From positions 1-25,834 of the forward strand of contig CAYMPD010000017.1 in assembly GCA_964392445.1 (NCBI GenBank): DNA of 25,834 nt. The letters run 5' to 3'. Numbering within the stretch: position 1 is the first letter of the stretch; each line of letters opens with the position of its first letter. The translations under genes and the position numbers were made by a program. Below are positions 16,454-25,024 of this stretch, piece after piece. Under the pieces are notes generated by a model. It ran no database searches and was not told the origin of the DNA. It saw only the letters and a program-made list of their open reading frames with translations. This DNA is from an uncultured archaeon. Its GTDB lineage: Archaea; Aenigmatarchaeota; Aenigmatarchaeia; CG10238-14.

Positions 16454-17475
16454 TTAATCTTAACCAACTCATAATCCTTACTACCTAACCCTAATTTTTC
16501 AGCATAATCCAAAATATAACTACCATCCACACCATTGTGTTCCAAGAATGGATCTTTGCCGTCATTCGCTTGAATAACTAAATCCAATGAAGCTTTATCA
16601 ATCGCCACAGGATCTTTTGACATCAATATTCCAATATCTTTCATAAATGATTTTTGTTTATTTCCTTTACAGTCACAATAGTAAGTAATATTATTTACAA
16701 AATTAACATACCACCACTCCCTATTTTTCAAAGCAGCAACAGTATATTCAGCAATCTTTTCCATTAATTTTTCATTACTTCTTCCACCAAATGGAACTTG
16801 CATCGCTCCAGTAGGACAAATAGCAATACACATAGCACATCCTATACAGACATCAGGATTCACTTCAGCCTTTTCACCAGGTTCAATCTGAATAGCCTCC
16901 ACAGGACAATTCTCCACACAAATACCACAAGCTGTACAAGCGGACTTATTCACATGAGGGGATATAGATGAATGCATATCTAACTTTCCTCCCCTTGACC
17001 CTAAACCCATACCAACATTTTTCAGAGCACCACCAAATCCTGTAGCTCCATGACCTTTGAAATGGTTTAATCCAATTAATTTATCATATTTTTCCAACCC
17101 CTTTCCTAATTTTGCTTTTTTAGTATTTTCGGTATCTATTTCTACCTCCAAAGTATCTTCTCCTAATTCACCATCCAAGATATCAATATCCAGAAAATCG
17201 AAGCCATGTTCTTTTGCTGTTCGAATGTGATCAGATTTCTTTGTCCTAGTACCCTTATAAAGAACATTACATTCAACAAACTTTGGATTGTTAAAATATT
17301 TCGTAACATCTTTGATTAATTCAGGATCTATATGAGTATCATTATTTCTTTCACCAAAATGTATCTTTAATCCTATATTATCTTTACCTAACTCTTCGGA
17401 TATAATTTCAAAAAATCTATTGACTCCATGCTTCAGATCTTCCAGATTTTTATAAAAATACACTCTCGATGACAT
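16438..17475 (-). CDS. DUF362-domain protein with 2x[4Fe-4S] ferredoxin insert (COG2768-like)
   Basis: KIHFGE, HFKGH..TGFGGALKNVGMG, CTACGICVENCP / CIGCAMCIAICP, CDC, SKDPVAIDKAS. Confidence 0.9.
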   Translation of the reverse strand: MSSRVYFYKNLEDLKHGVNRFFEIISEELGKDNIGLKIHFGERNNDTHIDPELIKDVTKYFNNPKFVECNVLYKGTRTKKSDHIRTAKEHGFDFLDIDILDGELGEDTLEVEIDTENTKKAKLGKGLEKYDKLIGLNHFKGHGATGFGGALKNVGMGLGSRGGKLDMHSSISPHVNKSACTACGICVENCPVEAIQIEPGEKAEVNPDVCIGCAMCIAICPTGAMQVPFGGRSNEKLMEKIAEYTVAALKNREWWYVNFVNNITYYCDCKGNKQKSFMKDIGILMSKDPVAIDKASLDLVIQANDGKDPFLEHNGVDGSYILDYAEKLGLGSKDYELVKINHNSK

Positions 17476-17519
17476 AATATAATTAAAATAGGGATTCAGA
17501 ATTAAATTCTTAGAGGATT

Positions 17520-17542
17520 AAAACAAAAAGAAAAAAGAAAAA
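17520..17542 (-). terminator. T-rich terminator of the histone gene
   Basis: A minus-strand run of 20 T in 23 nt starts 14 nt after the histone stop. Confidence 0.6.
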
Positions 17543-17556
17543 CTTAGACGAGACAT

Positions 17557-17730
17557 TTATGCATCTCTTGCTTTGAGTGTCTTTCTCCTATTTGCGTCTG
17601 CTCTGTCAGCTGCTCTCTTAACCATTCTGACTACATCAGCGTTTAGTGCTTCTAGGAAGTCTTCACTGACATTGAATCTGTCTCTAACTAAGTCTCTAAC
17701 TGCGCTCTTTACAATTACTCTATTTGCCAT
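17557..17730 (-). CDS. Short tail-less histone-fold protein (alpha3-type / DUF1931-like), 57 aa (not in ORF track)
   Basis: Manual translation: MANRVIVKSAVRDLVRDRFNVSEDFLEALNADVVRMVKRAADRADANRRKTLKARDA*. Contains the histone signature A.AN.RKT...RD and a strong RBS GGAGGGTGA. Confidence 0.92.
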   Translation of the reverse strand: MANRVIVKSAVRDLVRDRFNVSEDFLEALNADVVRMVKRAADRADANRRKTLKARDA

Positions 17731-17794
17731 ATTTTCACCCTCCTTTTAGATTAATTTGACCAAATGGTCTCTAACTGCTATAAATTAAGGTTTT

Positions 17795-17892
17795 AGTTAT
17801 ATTTAAAGATTTTGGTTTAGAAGCGCTATAGTTAAAGAATTTAAAGAGTTAGGAGAAGTTATATTTAAGTATTTTGGTTTAAGAAGCTATAG
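17795..17892 (-). promoter_or_regulatory. Two tandem BRE-TATA promoter copies upstream of the histone gene
   Basis: Imperfect direct repeats 17795-17831 and 17857-17892; minus strand reads AAACCAAAATCTTTAAATATAACT and AAACCAAAATACTTAAATATAACT. Confidence 0.65.
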
Positions 17893-18066
17893 ATTGGATT
17901 TTTGAGGGTTTATACTTGAAAGTAAATAAAGATTAGTTTCAATAATTTTTTTAATTCAAACGGTTTTTACCTTTTCCTTGAATGTTCAAATGAAGGGTAT
18001 TAGAATTTTTTTATGGTTCTGTAAAACCATCGTACCATCATATAATACGAGTATGATTTAGAGTAG

Positions 18067-21000
18067 TTATATACAAGCGCCGTCTTCGCAACCATTAGGA
18101 CAGTATTGATAGTTTCCCACATTATTACCTCTGAAATCACACTTGTAATCAATTACTTGGCAACTATCCGCTTTACTACTCTGTAAATCACCATTTGTGT
18201 TAGCAGGACAAGAATCGACCTCTCTAGAATCCCACCATCCTCTACTAGAATCCCAAAACCAAAGAGAACAGTGATCTGTAAGAGTTCCTGAATAACTTTC
18301 ACTATATTCTCTAACTATACCTTTTTCATAGTAATTATCAGGCCCATCTGAGTCCGTACAAGTTTCTATACAATCCTTATAACTAATAACTAGATCTACA
18401 CATCCTAATTTAGCTACTCGGAAAGTATTATGAAATTCGCAAATAATTCCCTTTCTATGGTCAGGATTGCTAAAAACTAGGTCCAAAGATATACTATTTA
18501 TCGTAGCAGTAGTAAATGGTCTCGATTCTCCTTTGTACCTACATTCTATTCTTTGGAACTCATGGTCTTTCTTCAAATATTCATTAAGATCAACATTAGC
18601 TAAACCGTCTTGACCAGGATATACATTGAAATTTAGTGGATCATCTGGATCATCAGTTGTGAGTCCTGTAACTGATTCTTGGCATCCCTCATCACTTATT
18701 GCTAAACAATTTCCCTGATCGGTTTTTCCTATTATTGACCAATCTGCCGTTAGTACACCATCAACATATTTTTCTAGGGTTATATTCATTTTTCTCTTAT
18801 TATGGAATTCACAAGTGATTTCATCATGGCCTCTTGTAGTATCAGTATAGTCTACCTCCAAGTTTATAGTTTCGGTTTGATCTACAGTAATAGGATCTCC
18901 ATTAGCATACTCACATTCAACACTATCGAACTCATAACCTTCCTTCAATCTCTCTTGTAGAGTGACTTCAGCTATTGAATCAATATTGGGATAAACAGAA
19001 AATTGTGCTGTCATTTCCTGTTCACTATTTAGAGAAATCTCACCATTTATTATATCTGGGGAAACATACCAACCTTGATTGCTCTGTAAAACTCCATCAA
19101 CATATTTCTCAACATTTATTATTGTTCTTCTCTTATTATGAAATTCACAAGTGATTTCATCATGGCCTCTTGTAGTATCAGTATAGTCTACCTCCAAGTT
19201 TATAGTTTCGGTTTGATCTACAGTAATAGGATCTCCATTAGCATACTCACATTCAACACTATCGAACTCATAACCTTCCTTCAATCTCTCTTGTAGAGTG
19301 ACTTCAGCTATTGAATCAATATTGGGATAAACAGAAAATTGTGCTGTCATTTCCTGTTCACTATTTAGAGAAATCTCACCATTTATTATATCTGGGGAAA
19401 CATACCAACCTTGATTGCTCTGTAAAACTCCATCAACATATTTCTCAACATTTATTATTGTTCTTCTCTTATTATGGAATTCGCAAATAATTCCCTTTCT
19501 ATGGTCAGGATCGCTAAAATCTAGGTCCAAAGATATATCATTTACCTGAGAAGTAATAAATGGTGTCGATTCTCCTTTGTACCTGCATTCGATTCTTTGT
19601 AACTCATATCCCTCTTTCAAATATTCAGTGAGGTTCAAAGTAGCTAAACCATCCTGGCCCGGATATACATTAAAAACTAGTGGGTCATCTGGATTATCAG
19701 TTGTGAGTCCTGTAACTGATTGTTGACATTCCTCATCACTTTCACAAACACAAAATCTACGCATTGAAGATCGTGGGTTTCCCGCACTACAATTTTGCGA
19801 GTAACCAGTCGCTCTATACCAACAAACATTGTTATGTGTGGTAAGATATGGGCCCGCACTAGAACCAACTCCAGCATAATTAAGTGAACACGACCTACAG
19901 TCTGTTAGTTGGAAACCAATGGTACAATCCTTATCATCATTCCAATTTTCCTCAACACAGCTCATCCCATGATCAGCACATACCTCATCACAACTTTGCC
20001 CTTTTTCGCCAAGATACCAGCATCTCCCTTTACCTGCAGATAAACAATTTTTTGTTAAACAATCTCCTGTTGTGATTCCACCAGTTATTTCCCAATCTGC
20101 CGTTAGTACACCATCAACATATTTTTCTAGGGTTATATTCATTTTTCTCTTGTTGTAGAACTTACAAAGAATTTCTTCATCAGTTATTATAGGTATATTC
20201 TCTACTGTTAAATTATTAAGTTTACCCAACGGACTCCCTATCATATCTCCATTTTCATCCGTAAGAAAACATTCGGCTGTAACAAACTCAAAGCCTTCCT
20301 TCAATTCACTCTCTGTTATATTAACACTCACTGGTATATCAACATAATGTTCCACTTCAAATACAAGAGGATTTTTTGATATGCCGGTTGTCACTCCTGA
20401 AGAGGGGCTAATAGTAACATTGGGATCATCTGAAGAAGCCGTATAATTCCAATCGGATATTGGGCCATATGTATCCTCATTTCCATCTATATAGTATTTT
20501 TCAACCATGATCGTCCCAGTTACTCTTTTTATATTATAGAACTTACAAACAATCGGATCTCTAGCTGGATTAAAAACGTCGAAAGGAATTTCAAAACCTC
20601 TTGCTGATTTAGAGTTTAAATCATATGTGATACCGTCATCACTATCTAACAACTCTCCTGATTGGAAACACTCAATATTTATTAATCTATGATTTTCTTC
20701 TTGAGTAGAATTTGGGTTTTCAGTTATTTCGACCTCAGCTGTTTTCCCTTCTTCAGGCTCTACTTTAAATTGTAAAGGATCAGTTGTACCAGATTTTGAT
20801 ACTTCACAGATACCGTCCCCACCTACCGCATATGTACAACCATTATCATTAGTAACTGAGGAAGTAAACTCCCAGCCCTGTTTTGGATTTGGATCTTCAT
20901 CAACATATTTTTCGACTCTTATAATTCCTCCACAAAATTCATCAGCAAGAGCAACTAAATCTTCTGCTAATCTATCGAAATTGGAACTAGTAACAGAATC

Positions 21001-21942
21001 AATATCAGATATCTTTTCCAATCTTTTATAAAAACCATCACCGATTCCAATTGCATGGATTCTAGTATTATAAGGGACGGATTTAATTTCATTTGCCCTA
21101 GCTATAGCCCTTTCCAATGCTATACCTGGTCTTCCATCTGAACCTGCGGAACATGGTCCCCCACCAGCGATTGTATTGGGTTTACCATCCGAAGAAAAAA
21201 TAACTAGATTAGGTCTTTCAGGTCTAAAATCCTGATCAAGTGCATTTTGAGCCGATATAAGCCCCTCCTCCCAACTTGTACATCCACCGCTACTTAAACT
21301 ATCAATTTTTCTTTCTAAAACATCGATGTCATCTGTGAAATCCTGAAGTACTGTGGCCTCGTCATCAAACCTAACAACTGCGATTTGAGTTGGTGTGTTG
21401 GGTAAAAAGGCGTTTACGAAAAGTTTGAATGCATCTTTCATTTGTCTTAACTCACGAGAGTTTATACTACCCGAATCATCCAATACAAAAACTATATCTA
21501 TACCGCAATAATTCTTAATATCTGGATTAGGGAGAGGAGCAACACTTTGGATGCGAATTTGATCTTCCCGAGTTACAGAAGATTCACAAGCTGGGTAATT
21601 TGAAGTGGGTTCCCCGATTTTTTCCTCGATTAGAGAAGTAGTATCTAAATTATTTATTGTCCCATCTTCATTAACATCACATCTTGGACAAGAGCCTACT
21701 GGCTGGTTTAAATGGTTCTCTACTGTTATTAAATCTTCTTCATCTATTGCACCATCATCGTTAACATCTGGGCAAACCCCAACTTCTATTGGATGACCAA
21801 TAGTGGTAGTTGTTTGATAACGACAAAAATTCAACCAAGGAAATACATCACAAATATCTATGGAAAAAGCTGATTTTAGAGTCACTAACATTAAGACTAT
21901 ACAAACTACTGAAATTAATTTCATCTTTTTACTTGTTTTCAT
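18067..21942 (-). CDS. Giant secreted adhesin-like protein: dockerin-like pair, VWA, repeated Ig-like modules, Cys-rich C-terminus
   Basis: Signal peptide; DVNDDGAIDEEDL / DVNEDGTINNLD Ca-binding pair; DIVFVLDDSGS MIDAS VWA; repeated (V/L)EKY...C.F.N modules; terminal CTDSDG...CPNGCEDGAC; no TM anchor; GAGGT RBS. Confidence 0.85.
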   Translation of the reverse strand: MKTSKKMKLISVVCIVLMLVTLKSAFSIDICDVFPWLNFCRYQTTTTIGHPIEVGVCPDVNDDGAIDEEDLITVENHLNQPVGSCPRCDVNEDGTINNLDTTSLIEEKIGEPTSNYPACESSVTREDQIRIQSVAPLPNPDIKNYCGIDIVFVLDDSGSINSRELRQMKDAFKLFVNAFLPNTPTQIAVVRFDDEATVLQDFTDDIDVLERKIDSLSSGGCTSWEEGLISAQNALDQDFRPERPNLVIFSSDGKPNTIAGGGPCSAGSDGRPGIALERAIARANEIKSVPYNTRIHAIGIGDGFYKRLEKISDIDSVTSSNFDRLAEDLVALADEFCGGIIRVEKYVDEDPNPKQGWEFTSSVTNDNGCTYAVGGDGICEVSKSGTTDPLQFKVEPEEGKTAEVEITENPNSTQEENHRLINIECFQSGELLDSDDGITYDLNSKSARGFEIPFDVFNPARDPIVCKFYNIKRVTGTIMVEKYYIDGNEDTYGPISDWNYTASSDDPNVTISPSSGVTTGISKNPLVFEVEHYVDIPVSVNITESELKEGFEFVTAECFLTDENGDMIGSPLGKLNNLTVENIPIITDEEILCKFYNKRKMNITLEKYVDGVLTADWEITGGITTGDCLTKNCLSAGKGRCWYLGEKGQSCDEVCADHGMSCVEENWNDDKDCTIGFQLTDCRSCSLNYAGVGSSAGPYLTTHNNVCWYRATGYSQNCSAGNPRSSMRRFCVCESDEECQQSVTGLTTDNPDDPLVFNVYPGQDGLATLNLTEYLKEGYELQRIECRYKGESTPFITSQVNDISLDLDFSDPDHRKGIICEFHNKRRTIINVEKYVDGVLQSNQGWYVSPDIINGEISLNSEQEMTAQFSVYPNIDSIAEVTLQERLKEGYEFDSVECEYANGDPITVDQTETINLEVDYTDTTRGHDEITCEFHNKRRTIINVEKYVDGVLQSNQGWYVSPDIINGEISLNSEQEMTAQFSVYPNIDSIAEVTLQERLKEGYEFDSVECEYANGDPITVDQTETINLEVDYTDTTRGHDEITCEFHNKRKMNITLEKYVDGVLTADWSIIGKTDQGNCLAISDEGCQESVTGLTTDDPDDPLNFNVYPGQDGLANVDLNEYLKKDHEFQRIECRYKGESRPFTTATINSISLDLVFSNPDHRKGIICEFHNTFRVAKLGCVDLVISYKDCIETCTDSDGPDNYYEKGIVREYSESYSGTLTDHCSLWFWDSSRGWWDSREVDSCPANTNGDLQSSKADSCQVIDYKCDFRGNNVGNYQYCPNGCEDGACI
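18792..19482. repeat. Near-perfect 336-bp tandem duplication (about 2 copies, 112 aa each)
   Basis: Period read directly (ttcactattt at 19021 and 19357). Identical translations in the ORF track; in manual spot checks the only mismatches were at the unit edges. Confidence 0.93.
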
Positions 21943-21955
21943 TTATCTTTCTACC

Positions 21956-23926
21956 TCACACCATAGGGATATTTTCTATCTTTAATCTTAGTTGAATATC
22001 TTCCTTTTCAAGATCGTAAACGCTATCCCCATTTGAATCTGTCAATAAATAGTCAGTTATATCACAGTAATAAACTCCTGAATTTTCATAGGAGCATTCC
22101 TCAATGTCGTTCCAAGTGGAATCATAATATTGGACTACCACTTTTCTATTTACTAATTCTGTAATGTTAACATTGAAGCCGACTTCATAAGCGTGACAAT
22201 AAACACTATCACCTGGTTCTTGGGAATTACATTTCCTTTCTATACCCTCCCATATATCGTTCCAATTAAGTTCAACATAATATACTTCTGAATCTATGGG
22301 GATGAATGTTTCTTCGTTATTACATTCTTTCAATCTCTCAACTAAAGGATCTTGGCATCCTTCCTTTGTACAAACTTTTTCTTCGGGATTACAAGCTTCT
22401 TTTCTGGTACAATAACATTTATAGATCGATTCATATTCCTCCTCACAACCACCACTACCTATATATGTAAAATCATACTCACATACGTCTTCATAATAAT
22501 CCAAATTAGGGAAATAGATATCATATGAGATAAAAGTAACATCAGCACAATAGGCAGTATCATATCCCCTATCATTACAAATATTAATACAATTTGAAGA
22601 GGGTAGTAATATAGGGGGTTCAGGGTCTGGGGGAATTGGTGGAGTTGATACTTCGGAATAAATTGATGCCTCATCTAAAGTTATTTTATTATTTTCATAT
22701 AATTTATAAGTCCAATCTTCGTCCACACCTTCATCACAAACAACAGCATGGGTGATTGGGTCTTGAATGCAATCGCAAGGTACCCCATTCCCATTACTAT
22801 CGTCATTATCACAATTATAATTTTCATCCTGAGCATTACAAACTTCTGGGATTTCCTGTACTCTAAATCTACTTTCACAAGGAGGTCCCCATGGAGTCCA
22901 TGCATCGTCTCTTTCAAATCTACATTGGACTTTATAATCACCAGATTCATAAACAGCTAATTCCTCTGAAATAGCCTTATGAGATGAGGGCACTGCACCT
23001 GCTGCCCAACCTAAAAATTCTGTATTTAAATCGTAATTCCAGCTTCCATCATCAATTCTATACCGAAATTCTGAATTTTCTGGACCATTATCCTCATCAA
23101 AACCTTGATTTTCATTACCATCTATACAAGTAAAAGCGACTCTATCTCCCTGAATTAAATTATTAAAGGTGTAACCTTCTGCTGGACGGAGGTTATTACA
23201 AACTAACTGGGGTAATGTGGTTGTTGTCGTGGTTGTAGTGGTTCTTCGGGTGGTTGTTGTCCCTCTTGGACAGCAACATCCCCAATATGGATTATTGCAG
23301 CCCTGACATGAACCCTGTACTTTATGAGCTCCTGGGCTATCACAAGAACATTTATGTTCACCTGGAGGACAAGACCAATCACAATCATAGACACATTCAT
23401 AATTATCTGGATTAACACATTGAACACCATTATTACACAAAGCCATTTGACCTGCGGGACAATCTACATTTCTCCAAGTTATATCAGAACCACATACGGG
23501 AGCAGAACTGGGATTGCATTGTCCATTATAATATACACAACACTCTCCATGGGAAGAAGACATCCAATTACAATTATGGCTTCCACATAATGTCATACCA
23601 CCATCGGTAGTAGTTGTAGCACTACTATCTGGAACACAATTCCAGTTAGCGTCCCAGTGATAACCATTATCACAGTGCTGTTCGCAACCATCATCTCTCC
23701 CAGATGCTTGAGTTTGGCATTTCCAATGTGCATGAGGTTTAGGAGGACCAGCACAATCATTGCACCAAGAGTCACTTGTACAATGTTCAAGATCACAATT
23801 TGAACTTTCTAGTGTTGGCCCCAAGATACTTCTTAAAATATCCCAAATACTGATAGCGTGAACCATAGGAAAAGTTACCAGAATTATCAAGAAAAAGCTT
23901 AATATTATTCTCCAAATGTCTCTCAT
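21956..23926 (-). CDS. Secreted Cys-rich protein with Thr-rich linkers (start reassigned to ATG 23926, 656 aa)
   Basis: MRDIWRIILSFFLIILVTFPMVHA signal peptide; dense Cys N-terminal region; TTTTRRTTTTTTTTTLP linker; stop 13 nt before the next gene. The longer ORF-track start overlaps the divergent gene. Confidence 0.8.
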   Translation of the reverse strand: MRDIWRIILSFFLIILVTFPMVHAISIWDILRSILGPTLESSNCDLEHCTSDSWCNDCAGPPKPHAHWKCQTQASGRDDGCEQHCDNGYHWDANWNCVPDSSATTTTDGGMTLCGSHNCNWMSSSHGECCVYYNGQCNPSSAPVCGSDITWRNVDCPAGQMALCNNGVQCVNPDNYECVYDCDWSCPPGEHKCSCDSPGAHKVQGSCQGCNNPYWGCCCPRGTTTTRRTTTTTTTTTLPQLVCNNLRPAEGYTFNNLIQGDRVAFTCIDGNENQGFDEDNGPENSEFRYRIDDGSWNYDLNTEFLGWAAGAVPSSHKAISEELAVYESGDYKVQCRFERDDAWTPWGPPCESRFRVQEIPEVCNAQDENYNCDNDDSNGNGVPCDCIQDPITHAVVCDEGVDEDWTYKLYENNKITLDEASIYSEVSTPPIPPDPEPPILLPSSNCINICNDRGYDTAYCADVTFISYDIYFPNLDYYEDVCEYDFTYIGSGGCEEEYESIYKCYCTRKEACNPEEKVCTKEGCQDPLVERLKECNNEETFIPIDSEVYYVELNWNDIWEGIERKCNSQEPGDSVYCHAYEVGFNVNITELVNRKVVVQYYDSTWNDIEECSYENSGVYYCDITDYLLTDSNGDSVYDLEKEDIQLRLKIENIPMV

Positions 23927-24062
23927 AGTAAAAATAATTAAATTCTGGTAATAAAAAGATTTTGCACCTCCGAAAAATACTTGAATAACGTTAGTATCAT
24001 CCCTAAAATAATTACCTATGAGAACGAAAATAATAAAAAGAAGTAAACTAATAACTATTACT

Positions 24063-24992
24063 ATGAAGAAAAAGGGACAGATGTCTTTGGAAATGATAAT
24101 TGGTTTACTGATACTTCTTGTCGTTGCTGTTGTTGTTATTAGGATATTTCTACAGAGTATGTCTGGAGCAGAGGATTTAGGAGTAAAGAATGAATTGGCA
24201 TATAAAAATTTCAAATCAAATTGTGAAAGTCTTTGTAGTAATTATAAAGCTAGTGGTACACGGGCCACGCTTGCTAAGTATTGTTATACGGACTTGGGGA
24301 ATATAGATTTAAATGAAAATGGTATAATTGATAAATTAACGGCTGATACAAAAATTCTTCCAATTTGTGAAGATGGGATTTATTGCTTCCATGTTACTGA
24401 ATGTGAAACTGATTACGGTGTTATTGATTGGGATGATTGTAGAAAGGTTGTTTGTGAATCCTATGAAGATATTTACTCTGATGAGGCTACAATAGACAGA
24501 AAAGTTAGTGAATTATTCGAATTAGGGAGTTGTGATGGTATTTCCAATGACGAAAATTGGGTTAAATTGTACTTTGATGCAGGTAATGGACGCCCCTGTA
24601 CTAGTCCACCCGACAGTCCTTGTATTATTAGTATTGATAGTTGTGAGATAGATACAACTAATAGTCCAATAACATTCGATTGTACAGGGTCAATATCAGA
24701 TCAACCCAGTTTACATTGTAATGCTAGAGACTTTGCAATGATAGTAGCTGATTCGGATGATTCTAGTACTGCAAATATAGCAGGGGCATCCCCAGATGCA
24801 GGAACCGGAAGTGTTACTTTCACTTATGTTGATGGAGTAAGTGATGAAATCAGTGGTACATTAGGAATGTATCAAGGGACAAGTTTAACAACTGGTGACT
24901 GTCAAGGTGGGAATTTCGGAGCGGGTATTTATTATATAGATATCGAGAACCCAATTGTAACATTCGGTCCAACTAACTGTCAAATATCCTAA
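24063..24992 (+). CDS. Pilin-like protein with class III signal peptide (start reassigned to ATG 24063)
   Basis: MKKKG|QMSLEMIIGLLILLVVAVVVI with E at +5; Cys-rich body with DLNENGIID Ca-loop-like motif. Confidence 0.82.
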   Translation: MKKKGQMSLEMIIGLLILLVVAVVVIRIFLQSMSGAEDLGVKNELAYKNFKSNCESLCSNYKASGTRATLAKYCYTDLGNIDLNENGIIDKLTADTKILPICEDGIYCFHVTECETDYGVIDWDDCRKVVCESYEDIYSDEATIDRKVSELFELGSCDGISNDENWVKLYFDAGNGRPCTSPPDSPCIISIDSCEIDTTNSPITFDCTGSISDQPSLHCNARDFAMIVADSDDSSTANIAGASPDAGTGSVTFTYVDGVSDEISGTLGMYQGTSLTTGDCQGGNFGAGIYYIDIENPIVTFGPTNCQIS

Positions 24993-24994
24993 TC

Positions 24995-25002
24995 TATTTA
25001 AA
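24995..25002 (+). promoter_or_regulatory. TATA box of RNase P RNA gene
   Basis: TATTTAAA ending 23 nt before P1; T7 tract at 25241-25247 just after the RNA. Confidence 0.55.
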
Positions 25003-25024
25003 CCTTTTCTTCCATTATTCTTCT

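Noticed and set aside
17795-17892. 36-37 bp repeats as a possible mini CRISPR array
   Set aside because: Only two imperfect copies, a 25-nt spacer, no cas genes, and they read as BRE-TATA promoters.
18037-18057. ATCATA-N9-TATGAT hairpin downstream of the adhesin gene
   Set aside because: Six AT-rich base pairs are weak and expected by chance.
23210-23260. GTT/GGT-rich simple repeat
   Set aside because: It is explained by the poly-Thr linker codons of the minus-strand gene.
916-23796. Remaining 60-120 aa ORF-track entries nested in or antisense to longer genes (e.g. 916..1167, 4010..4207, 9494..9829, 12275..12640, 14961..15260, 22681..22950)
   Set aside because: They are fully overlapped by well-supported CDSs and have the composition typical of shadow frames.
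23927-24214. 96-codon N-terminal extension of ORF 21956..24214, and the 24018 start of the pilin-like gene
   Set aside because: The extensions are shadows of the opposite-strand gene; signal peptides begin at 23926 and 24063.
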